The notes below the pieces were generated by a model. That model was not told the DNA's origin. It was given only the letters and a program-made list of their open reading frames with translations, and did no database searches. Position numbers and translations under genes: made by a program. Below are positions 1 through 13,068 of a DNA stretch of 64,000 bases, piece by piece (positions within the stretch are counted from its first letter, which is position 1; every line of letters starts with the position of its first letter). Source of the stretch: Azolla caroliniana (taxonomy: Eukaryota; Plantae; Polypodiophyta); contig JBHGNT010000013.1 in NCBI GenBank assembly GCA_043228905.1, positions 4,402,001-4,466,000 of the forward strand, read 5' to 3'.

Positions 1-132
1 AACATATTCCTCACGGAATATCTTTCCTAACGGCCTCCCGATTTACATACTCGGCCTAACCGATCAGTCCCAACCGATCCGGTCCTCGGTTTCTTCAGCC
101 GATCCGGCCGATGTTGAGCTTGTCTCTCAACA
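1..132. mobile_element. End of an LTR (…TCTCAACA) inserted into the copia RNase H region; runs off the window
   Basis: Ends in CA at 132, exactly where similarity to the uninterrupted duplicate copy (ccccctgg|ataggtca near 59001) stops. Confidence 0.6.
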
Positions 133-1483
133 ATAGGTCATCACGTACCTTGACGTGGTTTGGCTCGAGTCGACATCTCCCGACATGACCGAATCGGTAA
201 AACCTTCTAGCACAGGTTTTTCGACACCATACCTTAGGCACACCCCTGGGGTTCCCTTTAAGTACCTGAGTATCCACTTCACTACTGCCCAGTGTTCTCT
301 CCCTAGATTACTCATATATCGGCTTACTGCTCCTACATCAAATGCTATGTCTGGTCTCGTACAGACCATAGCATACATTAGACTGCCGACAGCCGAGGCA
401 TACGGTACCTTCCTCATCTCGGTCTTCGCCTTCTCCCCTCTCGGGCACTACTTTGCATTTAACCTACAATTTGTTGGCAACACTGAGCCGACCGTCTTTG
501 CGTCCGACATGTTGAACCTTTCTAAGATCTTCGTCACATACTTTTGTTGTGACAACCATAGCACCCTTTTGGTTCTGTCCCAAACTATGTGCATGCCCAA
601 GATTTGCTTAGTTTTCAAGGCAAACGATTTGCCGAGTGCTTTCTTCAAGCTTCCAAACTTCCTTGTATCTTGACCGAATATCAACATGTCATCAACATAT
701 AACAAGAGAATTAAGAAGTCTCCTTCTTCGTACCTTATGACGAACACACAGTGATCGGCCCGTGTTCTCTGGAACCGGTGTTCCATCATGAAGGACTCGA
801 ACTTCTTGTACCATTGGTGTGGAGTTTGTTTCAGACCATAAAAGCTTTTTTTCAGTCGACACACCAGGTTCTCTTTCCCTTTCTCCTCAAAGCCTTTAGG
901 TTGCTACATATAGATTTCTTCTTCTAGCTCCCCGTGCAGAAATGTGGTTTTGACATCCAATTGTTCAATCTCCAGATCCATACTGGCCACTATGCTCATA
1001 ACAGTTCAAATGGATGTCATCTTCATGACTGGTGCAAATATTTCGTCAAAGTCGACGCCCTTTTTCTGTTGAAAACCCTTCACCACTATGCGGGCTTTAT
1101 ACCTGGGGTCACTGTCGGCTTCTCCAGTCTTCACTTTGTAGACCCATTTATTCCTGAGTGCTCTCTTACCTTTCGGCAGCTCTACCAGGTCGTAGGTGTA
1201 ATTCTCGTGGAAGGATTCCAACTCAACTTGCATCGCGCTCAACCATTTCTCTCTATGCTCGTCGGCAATGGCTTCTTCATAGCACTCTGGTTCACCTTCA
1301 TGAGTCAAGAGGTTGTATTGGCTACCATATGTAGTCGGTGCTTTCCTCTCCCTGACTGGGTATTTTCTTCCACACGTTGTTGGATCTCTTTTGGTTGTCT
1401 CTGCCAACTCTTCTCTCTGTTTGGGATTCTACTCGTCAATCGGCCTCTCCTGGTTGGACAACTCCAACTCATATTCATCAATT
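133..1483 (-). pseudogene. Ty1/copia pol fragment (RT and start of RNase H), degenerate
   Basis: Copia RT motifs KARIVVKGFQQ, LYVDDMLI and YASAVGSLMYAMVCTRPDI, with stops and frameshifts. Confidence 0.9.
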
Positions 1484-1955
1484 GGGCTATCTCGGTTCCT
1501 CTCATGATTAGCTCGCACTATCAAGAATTGAACCGACTTTTGACCGTCAAGACTCTTCACCCGAGCGAATGCTGCTCCACTATCAAACACCTTAGTCTCC
1601 ATCCTTGATGATGTTATGTCGTGTGGAGAATAGACGCGGAATACTGCTCGGCCACAACCGAGTCCTATATCACTTCGTTTAAGGATCAAATACAGAAATG
1701 GGAATAGAGATGAATACTTGTACACCAAAAGAAAGTACACATGATGTTTACATGGAAAACCCTAATAGGGAAAAACCACGGGAGCCCACAGACTCCAAAC
1801 TATCACTACATGAGAAAGGTACAATCAGAGACTCGGAGGCAATGACCTCAAGTTCTGTTTCTTCGCCAAGCGGTGGTTACAATAGAGTATCGCTCTATAT
1901 CTCCTCTCTCTCTCTCTATTACTCTCTATACAACAGTTATACACATACAACAATA

Positions 1956-4900
1956 TGTTGGGAATATGTGCCTCTAGTGGGAGGAGGAACCGATTATCCA
2001 AAAGTTGCTGACAGTCAAAGACTACGAGGAGCCGATTGATCGGACCAAGGAGTGCCGACAGTCGAAGACAGGGAAGATCCGACCATTCGGAAAGCCGACA
2101 GTTGAAGAGTCGAAAACAGTGAGTCGAATGTTTGATAATTCGACTATTATTATTATAGTAGTAATAATAATGATACGTAGGAGAGGCTTCATTTGTAAAT
2201 AGCCCATATAGTGTATAAGTATAAATACTCTTAGGGCAAAACGTGAGAGTAAGTGTAGTAGAACAGAAGTAGTGTGAGAACGTGTGAGACAGAGAGAGTG
2301 AGTGAGAGCAGCGCCATAGATGTGTGCGTAACAGCTGACGCCAAGAGCCCTGTGTGGCTGACACACTCGAAGGACTGTTGTAACATTCTCTGTTGTATAT
2401 CCATTGTATAGTGAAGTTTTGTTCCCCGTGGTTTTTCCCCCGTTTTAGGGTTTCCACGTAAATCTCTGTGCACTATTGTTTATCTTGTCTCTCTCTGGCA
2501 TACTGATGTGATTCGTATTTCAACACAGTTTGTGTATTGTGATTTGACCGAATGATTTCTCAACAAACTGGTATTAGAGCTTGAGGTGCAAGCATGGAAG
2601 GAGGTGTGAGCGGTTTCCCAGGTATGATAGTTCTCAACTCACAGAACTATGTAGACTGGAAGATCAAGATGGAAGACCTTCTCATAGTTAAAGACCTGTA
2701 CGAGCCAATCGACAGAGCAGAAATACCCAGGGGGGTATTGGAGTCGGACTGGAAGCTTCTGAATAGAAAGGCGGTGGCCACTATCCGACAATGCGTCGAT
2801 GTAAGTGTCCTTCAACATGTGGCGAATGACACAAATGCTCACGAGATGTGACAGAAGTTGTCGGGTCTGTATGAGAGGAAGAACGCGCTCAATAAAACCT
2901 CACTGATGAGAAAAATCGTACGGCTGAAATACAGAGACGATGAGAGCATCGTGGAACACATCAACACATTAATGGGGTATGTAAATCAACTTGCTGCGAC
3001 CAAGTTTCCCTTGGATCATGGTTGTTTACGTACTCGTATTTAATGTTTAAATACATATAATACCTCATCATTTGTATAGTACGTACTATACCTCAATGTT
3101 GTTCAGTCAAATATCATGTATATTTGTCCAATACGGTATTTAAGGTATTTATAAAAAAACAGGTATAATACATATTTATAAAGAAAATGTAAGTAAAACC
3201 CTAACAAAAAGCAAAACAAAAAAAAGATTTTAGTGAAAAAGAAGCCAAAGGAAGGAAGAAAGACGAATAGAAGAGACAACGATGAAGAAGATGAAGAAGA
3301 AGAAGAAGAAGAAGAAGATGATGATGATGATGATGATGAAGAAAACGAAGAAGATAATCGTAGACGATTCCTCAATCAATGAAGGCATAATTGTAAATAA
3401 TTACAATTTGAAGTAGAACATCGTGATACACACTTACACTAATTTATAGAATAAGGGAATGTCGACATCCATATTACTAAAAGTATTACTACAAGTATTT
3501 TAGGATGTTTTTTACAATATTATAGATATTTTTTAGAAAGGTAAATAATTTTTCGAATTCTAGAAGTATTTAACGTACTATACGTAAAATACGTATTTTA
3601 TAAGTATTTAATGTATTAAGAAAACGTATTTAACATATTTTTTAATTGGGAGGTACTATATGGGTATTAATACGTTAAATACGTATGGTATCTGTACCGT
3701 ACCTAACGTACCTAACAACCTTGCCTTGGATGATGCAATGCAGGCCATCTTGCTGATGTGCACACTACTGGACAATTGGGAGGACCTGGTGGTTACTCTC
3801 AGCACCTCCTGTCAAGAAGAGAACTTGTCTTTACAGACGGTGAAGACAAGCATCCTAAATGAGGAGGCAAGGAGGAAAGACAAAGGAGTCTTGGCCCAAT
3901 TAGAGACGAATCTGACTCAACATATGGATAGAGGAAGAGACATGCGAAGACGAAGTCTGCAACGAACGGACAAATCCCATGCCAGATCAAATTCCAGAGG
4001 TAAGCCCGTGTGCTTTTATTGTGGAAAGCCTGGACACTTCTAGAAGGACTGTCGACACTTAAAGAAAGATAAGAGTGTCGGAAATAATGTCGAACCGAGG
4101 AAGATTCCTAATGAGAAGAACACTTCGGCCATTGCTACGAGCAATGAAGAACTCCTGTTCATTTGTGAACAGACGAGTGCAAATCTTGCAAGTGAAGATT
4201 GCACGTGGGTGATTGATTCTAGGGCATCGTTCCACATAACTCTGTCGAGAGAGTATTTCTCGACTTACATAGCCGGGGATCATGGCTATGTAAAGATGGG
4301 TGAAAGTGGAGAGTGCAGGGTAACCAGAGTTGGAAGTGTTTGCTTAACAACATTGACAAGGTGTTGATTGACACTGAAGGATGTTCGACACGTCCTCGAT
4401 ATCAGATTGAATCTGATATCGACTGGAAGGTTAGGTGACGAAGGCTATAGTGGTAGCTTTTGAAATGGCAAGTGGAAGTTCTGTCGAGGAAATGTTATAG
4501 TGGCCCGAGAATAGAAAGAAGGCACATTGTACGTGATGCATGTCCGACTGTGGAAATAGGAAGTAAATCTGGCAGCTGACTTGGCGGGTGAGATATGGCA
4601 TAAGAGGCTACACCACATGAGTGAAAAGGCCGACCAGAAACTTTTACCAGACTTCAAGGGCGTGCATCTGGAGAAGTGCGTCAACCATAGTTGGAAGACA
4701 TGGGCCTTCGTACTGAAGTCGAAGGATCAAGTACTGTTGGTTTTCAAGGAGTTCTAGGCAAGAGCCGAAAGAGAGTCAGGTCGGAAGTTGAAGGTTTTCT
4801 GAACCGACAATGGTGGCGAGTACAAAGGGCAGTTCGAGGAATACTGCAAGTGCCAAGATATTCGGATCGAATACACAGTGCCAAATACCCCAGAGTTGAA

Positions 4901-6628
4901 CGGGCTTGTAGAGAGGATGAATCAAACAATCATGGAGAGGGTAAGGAGCATGCTCTCTCATGCGAAACTACTGAAATCCTAGTGGGCTGAGGCGATGTAC
5001 ATAGTTGTTTATCTAATCAATAGGTCTCCCTCAGTACCATTGAAGGATGATGTCCCACAGAGGGTGTGGACAGGGAAGGATGTCTCCTACCAGCGTCTGA
5101 GGGTGTTCGGATGTCTGGCGTACATGCATGTACCGAAAGATCAAAGGTCAAAGCTCGACAACAAGTCGAAAGCATGCATTTTCAAGGGATACTCTGAAGA
5201 TGAGTTCGGCTATAGGCTATGGGACCTAGTCGACAAGAAGGTAGTGAGAAGTCGGGATGTAGTCTTTCTAGAAGATAAGAAGATTGAAGATTGGAAACAA
5301 CAGAAGTCAAAATCGACTCCCTAGTCAACCTTGACTACCATCGACTTAAGGCCAAGTGAGTTGTCACCGATAGCTGTAAGGAGACAGCTGGCCGATAGAA
5401 CTGAATCTGAGTCAATCAACTCGGAGAGACCGACTGACTACGAGTCAGAGTCGGCAGAGCTGCAAAGGTCAATTGATGAATATGAGTTGGAGTTGTCCAA
5501 CCAGGAGAGTCCGATTGACGAGTAGAATCCCGAGCAGAGAGAAGAGTTGGCAGAGACATTTGAAAGAGAGCCAACAACGAGTGGAAGAAGATACCCACTC
5601 AGGGAGAGGAAAGCACCGACTACATATGGTAGCCAATACAACCTCTTGACTAATGAAGGTGAACTAGAGTGCTATGAAGAAGCCATTGCCGACGAGCACA
5701 GAGAGAAATGGCTGAGCACAATGCAAGATGAGATGGAATGCTTGCACGAGAACTACACCTACGACCTAGTAGAGTTGCCGAAAGGTAAGAGAGCACTCAG
5801 GAATAAGTGGGTCTACAAGGTGAAGACTGGAGAAGCTGACACTGATCCTAGGTATAAAGCCCGCATAGTGGTGAAAGGTTTTCAATAGAAAAAGGGTGTC
5901 AACTTTGATGAAATATTCACAACAGTCGTGAAGATGAGATCCATTCGAACTAATATGATCATAGTGACCAGTATGGACCTGGAGATCGAATAGTTGGATG
6001 TCAAAACCGCCTTTCTGCATGGGGAGCTAGAAGAAGAAATCTATATGCAGCAACCCAAAGGCTTTGAGGAGAAAGGGAAAGAGAATCTGGTGTGTTGACT
6101 GAAGAAAATCTTGTACGGTCTGAAACAACCTCCACGCCAATGGTACAAGAAGTTCGAGTCCTTCATGATGGAACACTGGTTCTAGAAAACAGAGGCTGAT
6201 CATTGTGTGTTCGTCAAAAGGACGAAGAAGGAGACTTCTTGATTCTCGTGCTATATGTTGATGACATGTTGATAGTCCGTCAAGATACAAGGAAGATTGG
6301 GCAAAATGTTGCATATGTGTGTTTAGAATAAATGTAGCATGAGAGCGTGTGAGACAGAGAGTGAGTGAGAGTGGCACCATAGCTGTGTGCGTAACAACAG
6401 ACGCCAAGAGCCCTGCATGGCTGACACACTCGAAGGACTGTTGTAACATTTTCTGCTGTATATCCACGGTATAGTGAAGTTCTGTTCCCCGTGGTTTTAC
6501 CCTCGTTTTAGGGTTTCCACGTAAATTTCTATGCACTATTGTTTATCTTGTCTCTCTCTAGGATACTGGTATGATTCGTATTTCAGCACAGTTCGTGTAT
6601 TGTGATTTGACTGAACGATTTCTCAACA
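1956..6628 (+). mobile_element. Ty1/copia LTR retrotransposon, degenerate, with a 3' deletion from RT into the 3' LTR
   Basis: 5' LTR 1956-2565 (TG…CA); Met-tRNA PBS TGGTATTAGAGC at 2569-2580; gag ATG at 2594; CCHC knuckle CFYCGKPGH; integrase and RT motifs; partial 3' LTR about 6300-6628; perfect TSD CAATA. Confidence 0.92.
3017..3723. mobile_element. hAT-type MITE inserted in copia gag
   Basis: 8-bp TSD CCTTGGAT (3009-3016 and 3724-3731); imperfect TIRs CATGGTTGTT…AACAACCTTG; AT-rich interior with a (GAA/GAT)n tract. Confidence 0.85.
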
Positions 6629-8727
6629 CAATATGAACCCTCTCTACTTGAGTGATTCCCTAAGTCATATTTATACTTATATGAACTTAGGGCTATTTAC
6701 AAATATAGCCTCAATAGGCTTACTCAAAACATATTTACAAATATGTCTTCTCTTCCAGTTCTCACCGGGTCCCTTCGATCTGTTCTCCGGATCTCTTCCG
6801 GTTCTCACCGGGTCCATCCGATCCGGAGGGACCGATTTCCCAACTTGTAGGGTTGCCCAAGAACCACCGAATGGGAAGCCGAATCTTGCACAAAAAAGGG
6901 TTGGTCGATCTCTACATCCCCGATTGTGACTTGAATGTTGGGACATGCTCCATAAAGACCTTTCGTTTCCTTCATCACCGCACGAATCTACCATCCATGG
7001 TTCGTGTTGATAGGACATCTTCCCTTCTTGTAGAAATCCTTTGACATGAGGTTAATCTCTGATCCGTGGTCTATAAGAGCCACAACAGTATCTTTTGTCT
7101 TAGATCCAATCTTCACCGGAGTTTCCGTTGTCCACTCTCGCCCAATGCGGTCGTGTATAATGATTGTCCACTAGATCTTCTTCTTTCTCTTCCGTTCTTG
7201 CCATAGTTATGGCATTGGTTGTCATCTTTGTTGAAATTCCCTCTTCCTCATCCACTTGTTGTCTTTTACGTTTAATAAGATCGACGATGGTGTCATGGAA
7301 CTCCTTTGCAATTCCAAGTAGTTCTCTCAATGTAAGGTCAATACGGCTATCGAGCACTCTTTCTTAAGTTAGTTGTTTGTTCAATATCCGACCTTAATTT
7401 GTATGTTGGCATCGATCTATCCTTCCCCTTCTTGGAATTCTCTTCAATGGTTTGAGTTGGTTCCTCGGCTATCTTGTTTGAGCTTCCATCTTCTTGACGT
7501 GTGGCCTTGATCATCTCTTCCTTCTTCTTAAAGCTTCTTGTGTCATGTTTCTTAGAGGGACTTCATCTAGAACCGTCCTCTTCCACTTCTCATCCACAAA
7601 CACTTCGTGGGTTTCACATATGACCTTTGTGGAGATCGTGTTGTTATCAACTGGATCCGCCCACCCGGTAAGGTCTTGTACATGAAGGTTGGCTAGCTTT
7701 GTATCATCCGAATTAAAATTCCCTTTTTTTTCGTATTTGAGGAAGGTTGGCCAAAACCCAGTTCCCGGTTTAATCATTCTAAGCTTCTCCTTCCCAATTC
7801 TTATACCGGCGGATGCGGCATAGTGTATAGCTTCGACGTGGCTCACATCGTCCTCATCCATGATTTTCTTTAGACCACCCCAAACGAAATTCACTTGCAA
7901 GGGCTTTCGAGTCTCACTTGAGTGTATAATGTTGCCTTCCATGTAGATGAGGTTTTGTCGAATTGCATGATCAACACTACCACACCATACACATCTATAT
8001 GGGTCTTTCCCCTTTGGCCTTCAACGACTCATATTAGCTAACGAAAACGCTTCAAATTTTCGTGCCAACTCTTCAGTGACAGAGTTCTCCATTGCTCTTT
8101 CGATCGGCTCTCTTTGCTTTGTCATCTCAGTTGTTATTGGAGCCTTCCTTCTTTGAACTACTGGGTCCGCCATGTCGGAATCATCTAGCCATCGACTACA
8201 CTTGCCAAATCAATCACATGCTCTTCTTACCGCTACCCAATCCGTTATGAGACCATTGGGTTGTGCTTCGTCCTCTAATAGACTACCTAGTTCTCGTCTA
8301 TCTTTTGCATCCACTACCTTTAAGAAGTACAAAACTTTATCTCCTTCGAGAAGTGTTTGGTCGGTTCTCGGGAGACGGTTGTACATTTGGTCAAATTCGG
8401 TGTACACTTCCGATGTGTTCATGTTCTTCCCATTCTTCTCGATACACTTCATCAATGTATGAAGAGTCATCCTCGATGCATCTTCAAGCATATATTCAGC
8501 CAAAAGCGCCCATTCAAATCCCACCCATGTTCTTTGGGCGTCTTGAATCTCCCTTATACGGCCTTGTAACCCAATTGCTACGACACGCTTGAAGCTTGAT
8601 ATTTCCTTCTCTTCGATGACATCACGTTGTTGCATCTCTGGGTTGTATGTAGAGAGAAAATACGTAATGTTTCTTCCACCAAATTGGCCCACTATCTCAA
8701 CGGTTCAGTCGATGGCCTTGTCTAAGC

Positions 8728-9270
8728 TTGCATAAATTACAAAATGTTGACAATAATGCTGCTAATGATCACGAACATGTAACAAATGCAGTCTTTCAGG
8801 AACCTGAGGAGACAACGAATGCCGACACACTTGCACCACTCGGCCTTTCCATTGATGAGGCAGAAAACCAGAGAAGAACCAGACGTCCTCGGGTGCCGGG
8901 TTTCAAAACAACTCAACGTGATGTGGACGCAATATTGAAAATAAGGGAACGTGAGCTACACCGCCTAGAAGCCATGGCTAGGGCACTCTCTACATTGGAA
9001 CCCACATCAAGACCCTTTGACCCCCCACTTCTTTTCGAGAGGCTTGGGTGGAAATAAAATTAGGCTTAGTGTATAGTCACTTTCGAGTATACTACATATT
9101 GTACACTACTAGAACTCTTTTAGTTTAAGTTCTATTTTTTTTTACTTAATTTTATTTTTAGTTATGATGACTGGATAAATACTCTATTGTTGTAAACCAA
9201 TTGTCTCATGGGCCAAATTTGGCCTTAGAAGACGTTAATACACCTTTCTTTCTTTCTTTCTTTCTTTCTC
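8728..9270 (+). mobile_element. Probable 3' end of a non-LTR retroelement with a (TTTC)n tail
   Basis: ORF end at 9057, a UTR, then a (TTTC)n tail. The last 80 bp or so recur at about 55110-55190. Confidence 0.5.
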
Positions 9271-9408
9271 ATCATATGCTCGAGTATAGCCACCAACTTT
9301 GCCACTTCGTCAACTTGGGTGTTTGTCGAAGAAGCCATCTTGTAACCTTCTATTTGAAGCACTTGATCCTTTCTACCGCTTCTTCACGTCGGGTTTACCA
9401 CTTTATTA

Positions 9409-10500
9409 TGTCGTGAAAATTCATCACTATGTGTGGATCGTGAGGCAGAACCGCCAGGGTTATGGACAGGAAGGAAATAGGGTTCACACACACAACACAA
9501 GGAAGGCTTTCACAAACAAGGCACGAGTATTCTCACATGTTTGTGAAAAGGATAGGTGCATGGGCAAGCCCGAATCAACCCTTAGTCACGAGGCGAACAA
9601 ATGCACGCGAGGAAGGCTTACACACGGACACACAAGGAAGGCTTACACAAACAAGGCACGAGTATTCCAACGTGTTTATGAAAAGGAGAGGTGCATGGGC
9701 AAGCCTGAATCAACCCCTAGTTACAAGGCGAACGAATGCACGTTAGGAAGGCTTACACACGGACACACAAGGAAAAAGCTTATTTACACACATGAGAGAT
9801 AAAGCTTCAAATGCCTTTGTGAAAAGAGAGGTGCATGGGCAAGCCCGAATGCTCCCTTGTTACAAGACATGCGAATACACAAGCAAGGTTTACACACGGG
9901 AGATACAATTTCAAACGCCTTTGTGAAAGGACAGGTGCATGGGCAAGCCCAAATGCTCCCTTGCCACAAGTCGCACGAACACACAAGCAAGATTTACACT
10001 AACACGCAAGAGACGAAAGTTTGAATGCCTTTGTGAAAGGAGAGGTGCATGGGCAAGACCGAAACTCTCCCTTGTCACAAGACACACAAACAAATAAGCA
10101 CAAATGACAATAACATATAAGACACATAAGTTTGAATGCCTTTGTGAAAGGAGAGGTGCATGGCACAAACAAATAAGCAAAAATGACGATAACATATAAG
10201 ATACGTAAGTGAAGCCAAACATTATTTTATTGCAATATAATAAATTTTTTTATAAAATAAGAATCAATTTTACAACGGGTTTGATATGAATATGAGAGAT
10301 AATTTATAAAGGAACGGGGAAGGGAGGTGGAGGAAAGAAGAGAGTGGAATATAGAGGAAGGTGATTCTTTGTTGATGATGCCTCTCGATGTTGTTGATCC
10401 TTCTTCTTTTTCCATCCAATTGAGTAGAGCTTCCGCGTTCCTTCTCTCTCCCCCCCTTCTTCACTAGAATAGGCTCTTATTTATAGGTTTAGGATTGCTA
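9409..10500 (-). mobile_element. Gypsy LTR fragment with internal tandem repeats of about 110-120 bp
   Basis: Terminus matches the 3' end of the LTR at 37283-37335. Repeat unit GGTGCATGGGCAAGCCCGAA is the reverse complement of the array at 13960-14990. Inner boundary approximate. Confidence 0.65.
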
Positions 10501-10558
10501 GGACGTAGAAATAGATCAACATTTCTTTGTTCAAGACACGTCCTCGCACCCAGTCATC

Positions 10559-13068
10559 TTGGATGAACCATACAACACGACGGCTCGCAGGGAGACGAAG
10601 GTGCTAGACAACGGGTCGGCATATGCGAGGGTCAAGAGCCAAGATGGGAAGCATTTGGTCCAATTCCTTACGGTGAGGCCCAACCATGAGCGCAATCGAG
10701 CCTCCCTCAAAGGGGAGAGCCGAGAGGATTTTTTATGTGGGCGATGAGTTTAGATTCTATTCTACTTCTTATTGAAGAGCTTTAGGGCTTGGATTCCTTC
10801 CACAATGGCTTCTTCGGCATCTTGGTGGTAGTTAACTCGGTGGCTGGTGGCGTAAGGGAGGTTGTAGTAGCCGAGAACTACTCCAAATCGAGGCACCATA
10901 GCCGTCGGAAGTAGTCGAGCTCAGAGCCCACTAGACTCTCCTTCGCCGGTTTATTTTAGCCCCTTTGGTTTATTTATAACCGATTCTTGTAATAACCACC
11001 GAAATTGTGGTGTCAAGCCTAACAATTGTAAAAAAATAAAAACAAAAACCCTAATTTATAACAAAACTTATGTTTCATATTTCCCCATGTCTTTGTCTTA
11101 ATCTCCCGCTTCCTCTCTACTTTTGTCTCCCCGGTCCAAGGCCCCGACGGTCCCGTTCAACAACGCCATCCGGTTCGAAGCCCAGGTCTTAAGCGAGCAA
11201 CAATAAGGATACACCCAAGTAAAACGTGAGCTTTGGGGTATTGTGCCCGTAGTGAAGGCTGATAAAGATTACCTAATCGGGTCAGAGGTGGTGATAGAGA
11301 CGGATTGCCTTCCAATCCTAGGCATGGTTTTGGGATGTGCAACACCTGGCTTAGCTATGCTAAGATGGATTGCTTACATCAAATCAATGAACCGGGAGAT
11401 TTACCACATTTCAGGGAAGAACAATGGCATGGCAGATATGCTATCGAGGGCGAAAGCGAAATGGTGTCTGAAGATGAGGATGTCGCTCTTGACTTCTTTA
11501 AGATGGCCCAAGCGTCTATAGATGATCTTGATGTGCGAGTACTCCACGCCTTCAACAAAAGTGAATACGAAGGGGAGTGGCTACACATTGGCAAGTTCTT
11601 AAGCTCAATGATGGTGGATAGTTCATGGTCGAAGGAGGAAGCACAGAGAGTTCGAAAGAAAGCGTACAAGTACTTCCTACAAGGGGGATTCCTGTGGAGG
11701 CACCCGAAGAGAAGGATAGGTGTTGTCCGCCGGAATAGTAACCGACGGATAGGAGCGCAGGAATATAATATAGTAAAATTGTAACGCATGTTAACGGTTC
11801 ATGTCGGAAGCGTGAACGGCTAAAAAGACCCTATGTATATAAAAGGCAGAAATTCTCTGATAGAGGTAGCATGTAATTTTGAATGTAAAATGCGTATCTT
11901 AATAGAGTTCTATCTTCTCTAATCCCTGTGCGTATTTGTGGTTAATCTACTGTGTGTTTGTGATTCTTGGTGGCGTAGCGCAGTCGTAAGAGCATAGGCG
12001 TGAGTAACAGTGTGGTTGCTAGTCCACTGTCTAAGGAGTTCGGTTGTAGTCATCTCCCTGATACGCTACTAGGATACGGGAGGTATCCCACTAAGTATTA
12101 CACTACGATGATACCATTCGTTGCAACACAGTCACTTTGAGGACTTGGTCGAAGGTCTGACTGTAGAATGTGTTCCTAATCGGTAACAACAGGGACGCCA
12201 CAATGAGTGGTCATAAATGAAGAGGACCAGACAACATTGGTGTATGAGTTCCACGAGAGTCCCTGGGCGGGCCATAGAGGAACATGGGCAACATTCGAGA
12301 AGTTAAAGGAGAAGTATTGGTGGCCGGGAATGTACAAGGATATCACCCATTTTGTGGGGACGTGTGAAAGATGCCAGATACACTCAAACATACACCATAG
12401 GGACGAGTTGCACCTGACCTACCCACTCACCATACACTTCAAATGGATGGTGGATTTGGTTTCAATGCCAATGGGAGTGGGCCAAATGAAATATTTGGTT
12501 CTAGCAAGAGAAGACCTAACAAACCAAGTAGAAGGGCGAGCATTAGCAAACAAAACAACGGAGGGGGTGTGTAAATTCTTACTCGAAGATGTCATCTGCC
12601 GGTATGGATGTGTGGGAAAGATAGTGGCCGACAGAGGAGAGTTGAACGCTCTCGAAGCCACTGAGCTCTTTGAACAACTTGGAATGGAGCTCTCTCTCAC
12701 GACCGCTTATAACTTGGAGGCTAATGGAAAGATAGAATGCGGACACGGGCCTATCGTAAAAGTCATTGTAAGAGCTTGCGATGGGCAAGTCGGCAACTGG
12801 CCGTACAAGGTAACGAGTGAAAACCATAATGCCACCTACCACCTTGCTGAACTCGATGGGACTAAGCTTGCAGTACCAATAGCAGGGAAGCGAGTCAAAA
12901 TCTTCAAAAGGCAACACGACAGGGAACCCAACCTCGATGACCTTGACGAAGATAAAGGCGAGCAAACAACAAAACCGTGGGGTCAATGAGGAGGAAATGA
13001 ACTATTGACCACTCTTAGCCCGCCATTCTTGTCACATACCGGAGGATGTGCGGTTTGGTGGGGGTGGA
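10559..13068 (+). pseudogene. Ty3/gypsy pol remnants (protease-RT linker, RNase H, integrase) and polypurine tract
   Basis: IETDCLPIL (RNase H); HESPWAGHRG…CERCQ zinc finger; WMVDLV and IVADRGE integrase core; PPT GGTGGGGGTGGA before 13069. Confidence 0.8.
11721..12188 (+). mobile_element. Solo LTR (468 bp) inserted in gypsy pol
   Basis: TGTTGTCCG…CGGTAACA termini; TSD ATAGG/ACAGG; the host frame rejoins across it (HPKRR|TGTPQ). Confidence 0.8.

Larger units (their letters stand above)
1622..6845 (-). mobile_element. Solo LTR (1622-1955 plus 6629-6845) hosting a copia element
   Basis: TGTGGAGAA…TTTCCCAAC(T) termini; flanks TGTCG/TGTAG (4 of 5 TSD match). Same family as the intact solo LTR at 31572-32121. 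Confidence 0.8.
1484..8727 (-). mobile_element. Degenerate Ty3/gypsy gag-protease region, split by the insertion at 1622-6845
   Basis: Gag-like ORFs at 8210-8692 and 7511-7942. The reading …GQP|…DITSSRMETKVFDSG…RANHERNR continues across the insertion. A paralogous fragment lies at 10559-10747. Confidence 0.75.

Noticed and set aside
3103-3375. Poly-serine protein ORF (also 61924-62241)
   Set aside because: Antisense reading of a GAA/GAT microsatellite inside the hAT MITE.
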